Notes under the pieces: generated by a model | Seen by the model: only the letters and a program-made list of their open reading frames with translations | The model's database searches: none | Told to the model about the DNA's origin: nothing | Translations under genes and position numbers: made by a program | In this document: one piece after another, positions 21,151 through 45,531 of the stretch | How the letters are laid out: every line of letters begins with the position of its first letter | Numbering within the stretch: position 1 is the stretch's first letter | Assembly: GCA_001949185.1 (NCBI GenBank) | Contig: BDGG01000001.1 | Coordinates: 3,799,324-3,863,323, forward strand | DNA from: Ramazzottius varieornatus | Lineage: Eukaryota; Animalia; Tardigrada | Length of the DNA: 64,000 nucleotides | Reading direction: 5' to 3'

Positions 21151-24100
21151 CTAGACACGGATGCCGCGACGGTAAAGGTTATCTCGTTCGGCACATCCGC
21201 TATGGGGGATGGCGAAGTAATCGTTAGCTGGCTTGTTGGTAATCTCAGTCAAGACTCGACGTCCGGCATCTCGGAGAAAACGCTGGGCGAGGGTGCTCTC
21301 TTCTGGGACACAGTGGAAGCCAATTCGGCGGGCCAAAGTCCACTCGTTGTCTTCTTCGGCAGAGTCGAAGCTGGCAGCGGCGTCTTGTCCGCAACCTTGC
21401 GAGCAGGTAGACACTGGCTCGACAGAGAAGCAAACCTTTCCTAGCCGACGCTTGATGATGGTCTTTGGGTTACATTCGGTATCTATAAGATGGTAATAAG
21501 CATCAGCACCTGTTTCTTCTGGAACATGCTTATGGAAAATTTTTCACATTGGAAAACAGTAAATTACTTTGCCCCAAGGAGGACAGAGGACCAGTGGCAG
21601 TTTCAAGTCGGCTGACGGCGGAAGGCTCAGCTGAGCATCCATCGCGTTGGACGGAATAAGCGCGGATCCAGTCGTTGGCGGAAGGAGCAATGCGACCGTT
21701 GGGAAGAGCCATATCGTCCCATTTCTCACCGTTCATATTACCGCAGGCACCGCAAATCTGATTTCGGAGCCAGAACGAAGGCTACAAAAGAGAAAGGTTC
21801 TACGAACCAGTGATGGAATATGTTAGCTGCACGACTAATTCGAATAGTGAACGTACCGTGACCACAACGTTGACACCATCGTAGACAACAACCAAACCAT
21901 GTTCTTCAGCCGAGATGACGACGTGGGGAGCAGTGGTGGCGTCCCGCGATGAACCTGTGGCGACCTCCACTCCGTTCTCGAGGGTGACTGGGGCGCTGTC
22001 GGATCGGATGGGAACCTCACGACCGTTGAATCGGACGGTAATGTCGGAAACGGCTTGGAGGCTGCGAGAAGACCAGGAAGAAGCTGGCAACAGCTCGATC
22101 TTGCTTCCACCGATGTAGATCAGGGCCTTCTGTACACACACAACAAAACTGTTTGGTCTGGACTGTGATTGCTTTTTCAAGTGGCTCACACTTCCAGCCA
22201 ATAACGCCGAAAACGCGCGCCACTTGGGAAAACGATCTCGTGGACTTTGTCTGCAGAGCAGTCATACTGTGGGAAGTTACATACCTTGGCGGTGGTGTGG
22301 GTTATTCCAGCGGTGGCAGTCAGGACAGTCCAGGCCTTTTGAGCGCTGCAGTCCTTGGCCAACAGGTGGTAGCACTGACTCCAGGGGGCTCCAAGTTGAG
22401 CACCGTCGAGAGTAGTGATCGTGTTACCCGAAGCGACGCACATCTTTTCCAGATCTTCTCGCCAGAAAGCTTCCAGGAGGTTCATGGGCTTGCGGTTGGC
22501 AACGATGGGGGTAATGGGATAGGGAACTGGGATGGCGAGCAACTTGGCGTTCCTCATGGGAGTGCTGTAGACGATGTCAACGAGTTCGCCGGTGGGAGAG
22601 AGCTTGGCGAGGATGGTCACCCTGTTGGCAGGGTTCTGAACGTCGATGCGGTCGATCTCCGAGTTCCAGTAGAAGACGGCGTGGGCGAGCTCTTCGGCCT
22701 TGGCCAAGAGAACCTTTACTCCACGAGACACCTGAAAATAGTTTACTCGATTCATCACAGCATTCTCGTTCGAAATTAATACAGTAATTATCGTCCTTCA
22801 CTTATTTTATTATTTGGAACGTCGGCAAATGACATGGATATGTTGGTTTTCCCAAGTGACGCACCTTCCCAGCCATGACAACAAAAGCCTGCGCCACGTG
22901 AGATATCGATCATGTTCAGTTTATTTATCGACGTCCCACTTTACCGGTTACCTTACTAGATTATTTTGTTGAGTTGTTTATGGAATTATTCGATTAGCAC
23001 ATACATTTTGGTAGTCGATGTCGACCTTGATTTGCATCAATCGGCTGTAGATGTCCTTGACAGTCTGGCAAGCGGGGCTCCATCGGTAACCTTGGGCTCG
23101 ATCCTTCTCGCACTGTTGGTAAACGGGAGTCATGATCATGCTGATGGGTTCGACAGCCTTGGAGACGATCTCGGGGATGACAGCTCCCTGGACAGAGTGG
23201 AAGTCGTTTTTCTCCAGAGCGATCTGTTCGGGGCTCTTGTCTCCAACGAATACAACCTTGATCTTGACAGCATCAGGAGCACTGCATGATCGGCCAGCAG
23301 CGAATTCCCATCGACTAGTCACGGGCTTGTTCATCCCTGGTGTCATGGTCCAGGCCGAGTAGTCAGCGGGGTATTCGGAATGTCCGTTGAAGCAAACCTG
23401 TCGTGGATACATTAATTATGATACCGAGTATAGCTCCATCTTCGTAAATACATTTCAGTTTATTTCACTCCTTTCAAAACGTCGTTGCTTTTCGCTTTAT
23501 GTTATCTTTATATTTGGTTGTTTATTCTTATTCAAGTTTCTGATTATAACGGATGGGCCGTGTTTACCTGGTAGGGGAGGGCGGCGTATGGGCTGCTGAA
23601 TTCAGCGGCGACCTTGACGAACTTGCCATTCATCCCACGGATGACGCTCATAACACCTTGCAAGGCGACATCTTGAGGTCCTTCGGCTCCACCGGTAGTA
23701 CCCTTGACCACAAGCTGGAGACTAAAACCAGCCTTGTCAGCTTTGGAGAAAGCAGCGGGAAGGTCACCGGTCAGACGGTCGAGCAGGCTGGATGGGTTGT
23801 AATCCACCAGTTTGTCGTACAAGTTGTTCCACTGAGGCTCGACGGTTGCGGCGAAGGATTGTTTGCGAATGTGCAGAGCAGCGGTAACCTGCAACCAATG
23901 CCACACTGTGAACTCCATACATCGAGAAAGGCTAAGTGAGTGCCAGAACTGCAACTTCACAGCGTCTTTCATGCGCCGGCATATTGACGGTCATTGAAAT
24001 ATATGGGTACTTGGATGCAGGTGCGGAAATTGTGTCCAGCTTCGAAACCAGAAAAGTTCTGAAGCCTTACCGTTTTCAAACCAGTCTTGAATGGACGAGC

Positions 24101-27100
24101 AGTAACGACGATCTTATTCTTTCCGCCAATGAGGAGTAGAGGAGCGGTTGGAACTCCGAGAAACATCTGGACATGTCCATCAACGTTGACCATCAAGCCC
24201 AAGGCGGGATGACCAGCAGTCAAGGCGATCTTGCGGGTCTTCAGAGCGTCGAAGCCGGAGATTTCCTTGATGTCGACGATCGGGACGGGGACGCCTTGGA
24301 AGTACTGGGTGGAGGGACGACCAGAGGAGTGCAGCATGAAGGGATTCTCCAGGATCGACGAATGGAAGGAGAAGTACTTCGTAGGAAGTTCATTCTCCAA
24401 CGGTTGTCGGTTGTATTGAACGACCTTCTCGCTCTGTTCCCGGTCGAAGGGATCTCGGCGTTCAGGCTGGTGAGGCACGAGCGTCTTGGGAGTAACCTTG
24501 GTGTAGGTGGCAGGTGCAACCTGCAAGTGGCAAAAATTCCCAATTTAGTTTCATTTATTAATTTATATGTTCTTTATTTATGTTTTCTACTGCCGTATTT
24601 TTGATGGCTGGAAAACATACCTGGATTTTCAAGAGCTCAGTCGTGTCTTCGGGAAGGTCAAACGAAGTTTCTATCTTGCCGGAGCTGAGATCCACAGTCA
24701 TGTCCCCGTTGATGGGGACAGTGGTGGAAATCTCACCTCGGATACCTCCTCCAACGCGGATGAAGCCAGCCCACACAGACATGATCCCTTCGACGGTGGT
24801 GGCAGCACTGACCCTGACATCAACGTCAACAGTCAGCGATTGAGGCAGACCGGAAGACATGCTCCACATAGCCATCTCAGGCTGGGTCTTGACGCTGATC
24901 GATCCCTTTGCGGACACGACCACTGGGGCAGAAAGCTCGACGGTGAGGGGAAGACCGAGTTCGGTCGGGATGGTCAACTGCAATCACAAACTGTAGTAAG
25001 CATTGCAGAACAATCTAGAACCAAGGCAAACGGACCCGACAAGATCATGTTTCCAACTAGCGCACACTTTCAGCCAAAAACAATGAGTGAGTAAGCCGCT
25101 AGGGAAAACAACTTGCCGAGATGGCTTACTGAATTCCTGTTTATAGAGTCGTACGGTTACCTGGGTGTCGGCAGCCATGAAAGCCTTTCGGTAGTCGACT
25201 GGAAGCCCGGAAGGTCCACGAGTTAGACCAATGACGTCCGTTGGGTTTCGGTACATCTCGCTGATGGCTTTGGAGATGGACTTGGGCGATAGGGTTAGGA
25301 AGCGGACTTCTTGGCCGAAGATCTTCAGGTAGGCCGATCCCTTGATGTCTTCCTCAGCTCGATCGGCGATGCCGAGGATGCGGTCAACTTCGTCGAACTC
25401 AGGACGATCCATGAACCTGGCGGAGTTCCAGCCTCGTCGGGCAGACGGACCTTCAGCTCCACCCATGGACTTCAAGATGGAGGGAGTGTCGAAGACGCTG
25501 AAGTCACGAGCCATGGCAAACTTTCGGATCAGAGCGCTGATTCCACTAGTCTCGATACCGGCCTGGAAAGAACACACTCTCATCTCCACTGAAGTTGTGG
25601 AAGGATCATCTTTTTCGAATTTTGACTTGTATCGCTTACCTCGATAAGATCGCTGGACAAACCGAACATATGCGAGTTGACACGGAGGTAAGCAGCGCGG
25701 GGGACTATGGACGCTGGATCCCCAACGGTGCTAACTTCGACCATACCGCCAACCTCGAGTTGGTCTACGAAAGATACGTCCGTCAGTTACACTTTCCTCT
25801 GAGAGAAACGAGCAAAGCCGTTTTGCGCTTACCAGAGAACCCGTCCATGTGCCATCCTTTGGAATAGGACAATCCGGTGTCGAACCTTTTGGCGAAAGGC
25901 AAGACGGTCTGAATATTTTCGGCACTGAAAATGAGACAGAATATCAGAGCAGGTCATATAAGATATCAACAACTGGAAGGAAAAGTTTGAAGTGAGAAAG
26001 ATACTCACAGGTCCTCGTAACAAGGATGAGTGGCGTTAGCCAGAGTGTTCAGCTTGGACCAGACAAAGCTGCCGACCTGGGTGGACTTCTCAGAGTGAAG
26101 GCTTCGGGCGATCAGCTGAAGATCGGGAATCTCTGGGTCAGCTTCGATGATCACGTCAAAAGCCGCGATTCGGACTTGGTATGGGTTGGCCATGTCGTGG
26201 TACTCGGGAAGGAGGACGGTTTTAACCAGAGTAGGGTGGCTGTTGGTCATGTGGGACATAGCATAAATGGCTTGAACTCGGATGAGAGGAGACTGCGAAT
26301 CATCGGTGGCGATCTCCTTGAGCTCGTCCATTGTCTCGACGAATCCGGTGTTGCCGATGGCCTTGAGGATCAGGATCTGTTCTTCCTCGTCCTGACTGGA
26401 TTTGAGACGACCGACCAGTTCCTGAAGATATTGGAAGATATTTCTTGCTTAAAATATTGGAACCAGTGTACCGAAATGGGTAAGTCAGTAAGGTGTGCCG
26501 AACATGCCAAAATATTTAGATAGTACTCTAAAATTTTGATGGGTCCGCGCAGTATGCACACGTACGAGACGATCCACTATGGAATTTTCATGGTTGAAAC
26601 AAAGGGACTTACGGAAGCAAATCGTTGTCTGGCTTCCGGGCTGCATTTGGGATTTCCGGGCTTAACTTCGGTGCTTTGGATCTCGACGGTGGTCTCGAGA
26701 TCGTAGACACACGAGGTATGGGCAAGAGTACCGAAGCTCAACCAGCAGGCTTTCTTTAAACCGTTCTGGGCGGCGACTGCACCGTTTCGGCAAAGGGACA
26801 GGACTTCGTTGATGATATCCTCATCAGGCTTGCGGATGCTGAAAGCGATGGTGTTCAACAGCTGGGCAGCGCGTTCTCCGCTAAGGCGGCCACTAGCGAT
26901 CTCGGACTTCAGGAAGAGAACAGCGGGTTTGGTTCCGGTCAGAGCCAAGACGTCGAACCAAAGTTTCCTGAAGCCGGACGTGACGTTAGTATTGTGGAAA
27001 ATCAACGTTGCTCAACTAAACGAACTTACACGACTTGTTCTTGTTGGACGGATTGTTGGGCAATGCTCTTGATTTCCTGGTGCATCTCGGCCAGTTCGGA

Positions 27101-30100
27101 GGGCGAAGCGTACTTGAGAGTCATGGACAGCTGCAAGACAACGGTGGCGGATTCGGGTTCGACTTCACTGTCGGCGAGGTCCTCAACCAGGCGACTCAAA
27201 AGAGCCTTGACCAAGGTTTTCTTGGCGGCAGAGGTGGCATGAGGGAACTGACTAGCGTGCCGTTGCTTGTTACCGGGAGTGGCTTCCCAAGCAGCCGGGG
27301 ACTTGTTCCAGCCGGACAGCAGGGGAAAGAGTTGGCGAAGACCCCGGAGAGGAATGTTCTGCTCGGAGGGGAGGTCGTAAGGGCGAGTCCAGTCACCGGC
27401 GTAGATCAGTCTCAAGGTGGCGTTGATGTGAGCGGTGATGGAACCGGCTTTGGCGGAATAAGGCGCGAACTTGTGGACAGCCTGTAAACGGAGTCTTGCT
27501 CATAACTCTATCTCAGACGATTGACAGAAATAAGAAAAGTTACCTCAGTCTTTGCGCTCTCGATGACGAAGCTTTGGCGAGATCCGATGATGTTGTACTT
27601 GGTCGATGCGGCACTGTCGATGATATTGCTCTGCAAAAGGCGGGACGTGCTGACAGGTAGGTAATGCGATATTGCGAGAGCTCCGCCCAAAAGGCTGGCC
27701 TTCCAGCGGAGCTTTAGAATGAATTATAGACCGCTTGAGTCATCGTAGAAAGCTGTTCAGGCAGTCTAAAGCCCTTAAACTGGGGAAACTATGGCAAGCC
27801 TGAGCCTATGGCGGAAAGATCAAAGGACGAGAACCAAGGTTCATTCACATCTGACGTAATAAAGAGCCCAGACCGGTTACTACGCCCATTGACCAATAGA
27901 CAGAAAGGACGGGCCAATAAACCAGCTGCGATTGGGCAGTCAACCTATAAATACCACTGGCTAGTATCGGTGGTCAAAAATAGCAAAACCAATGGCCGAC
28001 GCTTGGTGCTTAACCTAGAAAGACCAATGGTCAGCCACTAGTGGTCAAGCCACTAGTGGTCAACCAACCCACCCACCCACCCTGGCGACTTTACCATTGC
28101 ACGATCATCTACTTTCCTACCTAGTTACCCCGCCGCGTCGCTGACGATCGCACAGCAGGAAATACAAGTTACGTCATACCCTGTCGTTCGCACCATTGTC
28201 CGACCGGCAGGGTCCTGACAGTAATCAATTCTTTGTTAATCAACTAGCTGTGCCACCAGTTACTTCGTACGAATTTGATTGATCACATACAAAGTCCTGA
28301 TTGAGCAAAAACTAAAAAAATTGGAGCAACCGGAAAAAAAATCGGGGAATCATCCTGAAAAAAAGATCGTGCTGTCTGGAGCTCGAGCTTCAACTGATGA
28401 GTTTGCGATTCAAAGTCCCCTTGGTTATGACATTTTTATCAGCACAAGCAGCTGGCCAGCTGATACCAGTGGAGTGCTGCTAAAACAGGCCTCCACTTGC
28501 ACATGGCCTGCCAAAATCGCAAGCCGTCGAAAACGACGTTAATGAGTCATGACCAAACAATTGGTGATGTGTACGTGGTGTATACTTCCACACACAGACA
28601 CCCGGTTCAAACTATGTTACTCACGCTTTTTGCAGACCAGCGGTTGCTTGTGTTTGGCGAGACGGTTTTCTTCTGCTGCTCGGATTCCTTGATTGAATTG
28701 AATCTTGAGTTTTGTTAGTAGATTACATCACATTAAGTACATTGCACCAAAAAATTAACCATCGATAATGGGCGTGACAATTAAACGAGAGCTTAATTAT
28801 CCTGTGACCAATAACGGTTTTGATTCGCCGCATGCGCAAATTCAATTGGTCACTTTCATCTGGCTCCTTCTACCACCCATTTTCGACGCTTAATTTTTTG
28901 GTACACTGTACTATATATTGCCAACGTATGACGTAAAATGTATCGGTCCCTCCTATTTGTTAGCGGAACGTAATCGATCAATCGTTCAATTAGTGTGGTT
29001 GACGTTCCGGCAAGGCCCCCTTTAGCAGCTCATCTATGGCTGATACCATTAGTCCATTAACCATTAGTTTTCAAGGCTAACCTTTTCCTCGCTCTGCGAC
29101 CGCCTCCACGAGCACTTTTGGCCTTCGTTGTTTTCGGCGTCGCATTTCTGTGGGTTGTTCAGGGATTCGAGGTGGATCGGTCGATTCTTGCAATTGTCGT
29201 AGTTCCACGACCTGGTGACGTTCAGGACACCGAATCCGGAAGTTGGGATTGCTTGGGGCATGGAGTGTCCGGCTGGAAGAGACTGGACAAGGTAAACCGC
29301 TTCGCACTCACCACCAATACCTTCCTACAATGATGAGAAAACATGGCGCTATGATCAAGTACTCTTATTGCAGTTCAAAGCACTTCGTACTTCAAGAACA
29401 GTGTAATATTCAGCTCCATTGTCGCCCGATGGAATGGCGTGAAGGTGGCCAAGAGTGGCGGCGAATTGTGATCCTCGGACGGTATCAGGCTGTTGCTTGA
29501 GGTTGATGCTGAAGACGGAAAGGATGCTGCGTTTGATATTGACAGACCAGAATGGATCACTTTCCAGGGAGACCATATCGGTGACAATGCCATCGTTGTA
29601 CTGGAAGGCGATGGGCTTAGTCAGCGCTTCTTCGAACTCTGCGGCTTCCGGACCTGCGAGTGGCTCGAACCGAGAAAGTGGCTGGAGCTTCAGTGGGCTG
29701 GTGGGAATGGAGCGCTCGTTGATACGTCCAAGAGTGGCCGTCTCGATCTACAAAAGAAAAGAAACCTATTGCAGAACTGAGAGGAGGTAAGTGTACGAAG
29801 GCTGGAAATGAAACGAAAGTTCAAAATTTATCTGACGCATGACGTAACCAGCGAGTTGGCTGCAGTGGCATCGTGCGCATCTCCTAGCAATTAACAGCTT
29901 TTTGCCTTGTTCAATGCAGAAATGGGTTTTACCTTCAAGACATCAGGTCCAGGTCGGAGTTGTACTGTGACGATAGCGCGAATTCGGAGTCCAGAGTACT
30001 GGTTGGCGGTTTCCGGAAGACCGGTGAGGACCTGACCGTCGTACAAGTACCGATATTCCTTATTGTCGAGGAAACCTGCAACGAGAACGTCCAAGTAACG

Positions 30101-30400
30101 CACTTCCGGTTCGCTGGTTGAGCCGCATCCAGTCACTCGCAAATGAGATATTCGACCTCAGCGTAATTCTGACCAAATCTTACTTCTCTCTAGGATCCTC
30201 GGGGAACGAATATCTGGGTATCGGGTGTGCCATGAGTCGGATCCTCCGAAAGGAAGAAGGCTAGCTCCTGCAAAATACACATCTAAACCGTTAAGAATCG
30301 GACCTGGAAAGAGAACGGGAGGTTTAGAACGATGTAAGGGAAGAACTTGAGACTGACCTGCTAGGCCCACGAGGGTCACAAGGAGCGGAGCGACGATCAT
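21151..30400 (-). CDS. Vg: Vitellogenin (large lipid transfer protein: Vitellogenin_N, DUF1943, VWD), about 19 exons
   Basis: Signal MIVAPLLVTLVGLA; FLDNKEYRYLYDGQVLTGLPE..QYSGLRIRA; WSVNIKRSILSVF; EGIGGECE; LKAIGNTG; RVQAIYA; VRIAAF; QVGSFVWS; IPTELGLP; VWD domain (CVASGNTITTLDG..CYHLLAKDCS; ICGACGNMNGE); C-terminal Cys-rich tail with stop at 21151-21153. Confidence 0.95.
22161..22259. repeat. Intronic fold-back element copy (Vg intron)
   Basis: gattgctttttcaagtggctcac-acttccagccaataac...-gcgcgccacttgggaaaacgatc. Confidence 0.8.
22831..22917. repeat. Intronic fold-back element copy (Vg intron)
   Basis: ggttttcccaagtgacgcaccttcccagccatgacaac...tgcgccacgtgagatatcgatcatgttc. Confidence 0.72.
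25021..25120. repeat. Intronic fold-back element copy (Vg intron)
   Basis: ggcaaacggacccgacaagatcatgtttccaactagcgcacactttcagccaaaaacaatga...gccgctagggaaaacaacttgccgag. Confidence 0.78.
28740..28908. mobile_element. 169-bp Tc1-type MITE in the large Vg intron
   Basis: TA-cattgcaccaaaaaattaaccatcgataatgggc ... acccattttcgacgcttaattttttggtacactg-TA. Imperfect ~35-bp TIRs with CA(G/T)TG ends. Confidence 0.8.
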
Positions 30401-32265
30401 GGTGGATGAGGCACCACAATATGCTGGAGTCAATGGAATATATTCCAGATGTAACTAAAGCCTCGATCGACAGGCTGAAATGGTCGGTCCTTCGGAACGG
30501 TAATCCCATATATACTGTCTTCGGCGGTAAGAAGGAAACGTGGCTTATCGGTCGGAGAGAAAAAAGGTATGGGAAGGCCATCTTGATTTGCAGATGTTGA
30601 CGGCCACGGGAGTAAAGTGCCGGCAGGGACAATGGGGGGAAAAGTTCTTTCACCACAGCTCGCTACTTCAACGATGAGACTGGGATACGAAGCGGTAACT
30701 AAATTTCCGTACCGACATACAATAGATCGACCTTTGTTCTAAGAGGTTCATTGATACCTGGTTTTTTTATGTAATCCGTCTTACATTTGTACTGCGTTAT
30801 CGTTAATCTGCTTCAACTGTCCAACAGGAAATAAAACTGCTTTTCTTTGATAGGGAACGCATTCTCCTCGTCGATGTACGACTTTCAGTCCACTCGAACC
30901 TCGACCCGTTTGGCTTACCGGCATTCGAGCGGAAGTATCTGAAAGGTCCGCACGCGAACCAAAGGAGCGGAGATGAATCTTTCGGGACGAAGGTACTTTA
31001 TTAACCATTCACGTTAACGTTGGTCGGCAGTTTCGAATTTGGTTTGCGGAACGGCTGTCAGGTTAACCGCAACAGCAAAGGGCCGCGTCCTCCGCGCAAA
31101 AATCCGGTGCCGCTATCGAACATTTCAATGCGTCAGAGCCCATGTAATAAGTCCTAAAGATGATTTTATATGAGATCATTTATCCCGAACAGTTGCGTCA
31201 GCAGGTCTGAATGCGTATTTTACACTATCAATTATTCCAATATTTGAGAATGGTCTCATCCAGATTGAAGCGTAATGTCGCTCTAGCCCACGTAGTATGA
31301 GCAGACGTAAACCACAGAACTGCATGAGCACTCAATAAAATTGTCTTTACAGGTACTCCGGTCGCGAAGGAGAGGCATATCCAAGATCACAGTGGTGAAC
31401 TGTTGCAGAAACCAGGTAGGAAGCGGGTACGGGTGCGCCCCGTGCAACAGACACTTTCAGTGAGCTGAGTATCGCTAATCGTCAGTGTGTCACCTAGGGT
31501 TCGTCAGACATTTCTACTATGGTTACAGGTACGTTTCCTGATACCATCGTGTTCACCACCTATATGTAGAGTTGCACTTGCCGTTCAATGTGGACAACTT
31601 GATTCGGAAGTTCAGATAAACCGGTATTTGCTGCAGTATATATGCTGGCTGATACCCGAGACAGGTGCTGTACAGTAGGTGAAGACCCTTGAGATTCGCT
31701 CTTCCGCTTACCTGTACCATGAAACGACTGTCGGCCTTTTTCCAATACATTGCTTCACTGAAGTTGAAGCAACTTGTACTTGTAACTTACAAGATAGCCT
31801 GCTGCAACTTTACCTGCTGTTACCGTTTTTAATGTCGGAGCTGTAGTCCGTGCCAGATAAAGCTATAGTAAACCGGTGGACCACAGCAAGTTTCCATCAA
31901 ACTCGCCATATATATTTACTTTACGGCCATGATGTTCGAGTCTAGATTCCAGTGTACCGCGACAACATTACGTCGTCGTGAAACTTTATATTTCTCTGAG
32001 AATTCAACGCTTTTTTAGCAGTTGTTTCTACCGGCTGTCTGCCTGGTTTGGTCTAAGGGGAAAAAAACATCTGGCTGTAGCTGCTCCTATGAGGGGTGTC
32101 CAGATTCCCTACATTCTCTATCTTGATACTCTCTTATATTTTCCATTGCTCGGAAGCCGAACCTAGCGATCGCTAATACAATTCACTTTCGCCATCGATT
32201 CGGTTCGTCGGCAACTTCTTCAACCATTGCTTTTTCGGCCACCGTTGCAGTCAGTCCGACGCGAG

Positions 32266-42651
<10,386 letters not shown>

Positions 42652-43491
42652 GCGGAGGTGGACGTGCTGAACGCCTGCAGATTTAAGTGTGATTGTCGTG
42701 AAGAATGGATGAGAAAACTACAGTACGGTGAAAATCTCTGATCTTGACTGTAACATGGATTATCACTGTTCTTTTTCCCTGGGCAACGTGTCTCCTCCGA
42801 TATTATCTGTATGACTGTCGACCTTTTTTGTTTTTGATTTTTGTGCAAAGGCAAGAAAGAAGTACTCTGCTCGAGATATTTCAATGCTTTTGTTAAGAAG
42901 TACTTCCTTCTTCTTCTTCTCCTTCTCCTCCTCCTTCTCTCTATCTTCTCTCGTTTGCATAACCGGAAAATGTCTTATGTGAGTTTCGTAGCTGGTATTT
43001 ATCGTATCTAACCCTTGGGTTTTGTTTTGTTCTGTTGTTTTCGGTGACCTATAATTTTCAAACGGAAGTTGGGCATGGGCCTATGAATTGTGCCAGATCG
43101 TTTTCCCACGGGGCGCACGCTGCCAGCCAATATCAATGTAGATGTGCGTCACTTGAAATGAAGATCTGGCTCAGCTCGTTTGCCCACGTCCCAAGCACGC
43201 GTGTAGTGGTGAACTTTGATCGCCTGTGCATGCGCACAAGGCTTTGACTTCCTCTCGGGCAGCATACACTCTCTTTCTTCTGGACTGAATTTATCCATAG
43301 GCTCTTTATTACAGAAAGGCTTGATGATGTCGACGTCGCTCAGTCGTGAGAGCCACTCCTGAATCTTTTGTTGACACAACCTTTACGGTTCCGTCAATAC
43401 CACAAACGAGGAATGTAAAAAAGGCGAAATATTCTTGGAATGTTTCGATCATAAACTTTGAACTAAAAACTTTACTACAGGCTAAATTGTT

Positions 43492-44483
43492 TTATGCTGT
43501 GCGGACGACGACGAACCGCGTTCCGGCAGGCTGAGCGGTTTCAACGGGGACCACCGCGACAGGCTCGACGGCCTCGGCAGGTGCGTCACTGCGGCCGGAA
43601 CTGGTCAAGTTGACAACGGGGACCTGGATAGGTATCGTTCTGATGGCAGGTACCTGGTTCGCTTTCACTGGGGTAAACTTGATTCTGTTTGCAGCCGGCT
43701 GGATAGGAGCACTGTTGCCACTGGTGCTGGTGATCACGTAGCCGGCGGGGGGAGTGTCTGATGAAATGAAAGAAAAATATAGCGGTGTTTCCAAGAGTCG
43801 GTAGTTGGTAGAGGGATGGGAGAAACTTACCAAACAGTTGCTGGTCGGTGTACAGACGGGAGTTGGCAAAGTTGGAGAACTCTTTGGAAGATACACAGTC
43901 GACGTTGTACCAGTAATCGCAAACCAAGGTGAGCTGAAAAATCAAATGTTTATTGTTTCCTTGTAGATTTCTTTTTGATCCCGAATCTTACCTGGTTAAA
44001 AACCGTGGTGTTTACGCAAATGTAACTGTAAGGATGAGCTTTGTAATTTAAGAAACACTCATCAGAGTAAGAATGTTCAGTTTTCAGGGACTGGATGCGA
44101 AGTCACCAACCAGGCTTCAGCTTACGTGGTAAGATTTCCTTGCACATCACATCGATGGAAGACCTGACATTGGGTCTCGACATCTGCGTAATATCTACAA
44201 GAAAAGATACTCTTCCCGAAGAACCTCAGCGAACCGCAGGAATTTCCACTCCAGCATTATGATATCAGACGACGTACCCGGGCTGGTCCTGCTGGGTGCA
44301 GGTGAAGGTGGTCGTTGGAAGATTGTTGACGTCGTATGTAGGATAAGCATTGGCATTCCGACTGGCCATTATTATGTCGATTTCGGCGGCAGTAAGTGGC
44401 TGCTTCAGCAGGTCGAAGATGTACCGGCCTTGTGGAGCGCACCAGCACACCGTCAAGCAGAGCGAAAGGAGAAAGACCTTCAT
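43492..44483 (-). CDS. Secreted chitin-binding type-2 (CBM14) domain protein, 5 exons
   Basis: Signal MKVFLLSLCLTVCWC; spliced domain TFTC..QPG|YYADVETQCQVFHRC..|YICVNTTVFNQ|LTLVCDYWYNVDC; Pro/Val/Ala-rich tail. Confidence 0.9.
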
Positions 44484-45531
44484 GTTAGCGACAAGTGCGA
44501 AGAACTTGGCGAACTCAGATAAAAGCTAGCTATGGAGCACTACGACGTTTCTTGCAGAAGACTGGAAACTACCAAGCGGGAGCCAGTTTACGCTATTTTA
44601 TACTGAACCGGAAGCACGCAAAGAGGAGGCTACAAAATATTCAAGAATGATTTGCTGGAGGGCAGTTCTCCGACCTCAGGATGATCTTGAATGTTCTTCA
44701 CAAAGCCGTGGCTTAAATCAAAGCCAATAATTCGTATCGCTTGCCAGGAAAGTCATCGTTTGCGGCTTCTTTCAACAAGTTTATCACAAGGTGTCTTTAC
44801 ATGTTGTTGTCACTTTCAAAAGAGTTACACCATGTTATTATCCTTACAGAACACTGCCTGTTGAGCAATTTACAGGCAAGTACCGCTTTAAAATTCCGAA
44901 GACCTCGTCTCTTACGGATCTTGGTCCTCCAAGCACCGTTCCAAAGACCATACGGTGAGCAACCGGAAGCAGACGAAGCCGAGGATCTTCGCCATACCAC
45001 ACGAGGTCCGTACAGGTATCGATTTCCTGCCCAAAATATTCTGCATGTCGTTCGAATTCGTTCCTATCAATATCATTTGCTAGAAAGTGACAGTGAACTG
45101 GGTGGGTTTTTCTCCAGATCGCTACACAGAACTGGTTTCACGGACAATAAGCAGTGCGTATGGTGAAAGATTGTTGTTCAACTTGAACAATGAAGCTGAT
45201 TCATATTTCAAGTACGAAAAAAGAACCCCTCTTGTCAGACTTCTGACCAGTGTGTCTAATATTTAACCGGCTTGATGCAGCACGATCTTGTACGAAACCA
45301 ATCAGACTATGCCTACTAACCTACAGCCGGTAGCGAACAGACAGAAGAACGCTGCCTCTTTTTGCTGATGATTGTCGAGAAATCTCGCGGAAAAACGAGG
45401 TCAGTTATAGAGTCGTTGTCTCATCGTCGTTGTTTCAAGTGTGTTAATAGTTTCCTTTGACGACGAGGTTCTCCGTGTTGTTTATAACCCTTTTCTAACA
45501 ATCCTGGGATTTGGACTACAATTATTCTAAG

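Noticed and set aside
23544-24526. Apparent frameshift between two overlapping Vg ORFs
   Set aside because: Explained by a GT-AG intron at 23889-24070.
22153-27487. Long plus-strand ORFs (e.g. 22153-22779, 24567-25094, 26026-26523, 27035-27487)
   Set aside because: They are antisense shadows of vitellogenin exons caused by codon bias and have no motifs of their own. The same applies to the ORFs opposite nrf-6, the ATPase and TRRAP.
31353-31528. Further upstream ATPase exons (31353-31415; ATG at 31519)
   Set aside because: Splice-like signals are present, but the ATG segment is phase 1 and incompatible with the common exon. Not supportable without transcripts.
42763-42960. Lys/Glu-rich minus-strand ORF
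   Set aside because: Translation of a low-complexity (ttc/ctc)n tract in the ATPase 3' UTR.
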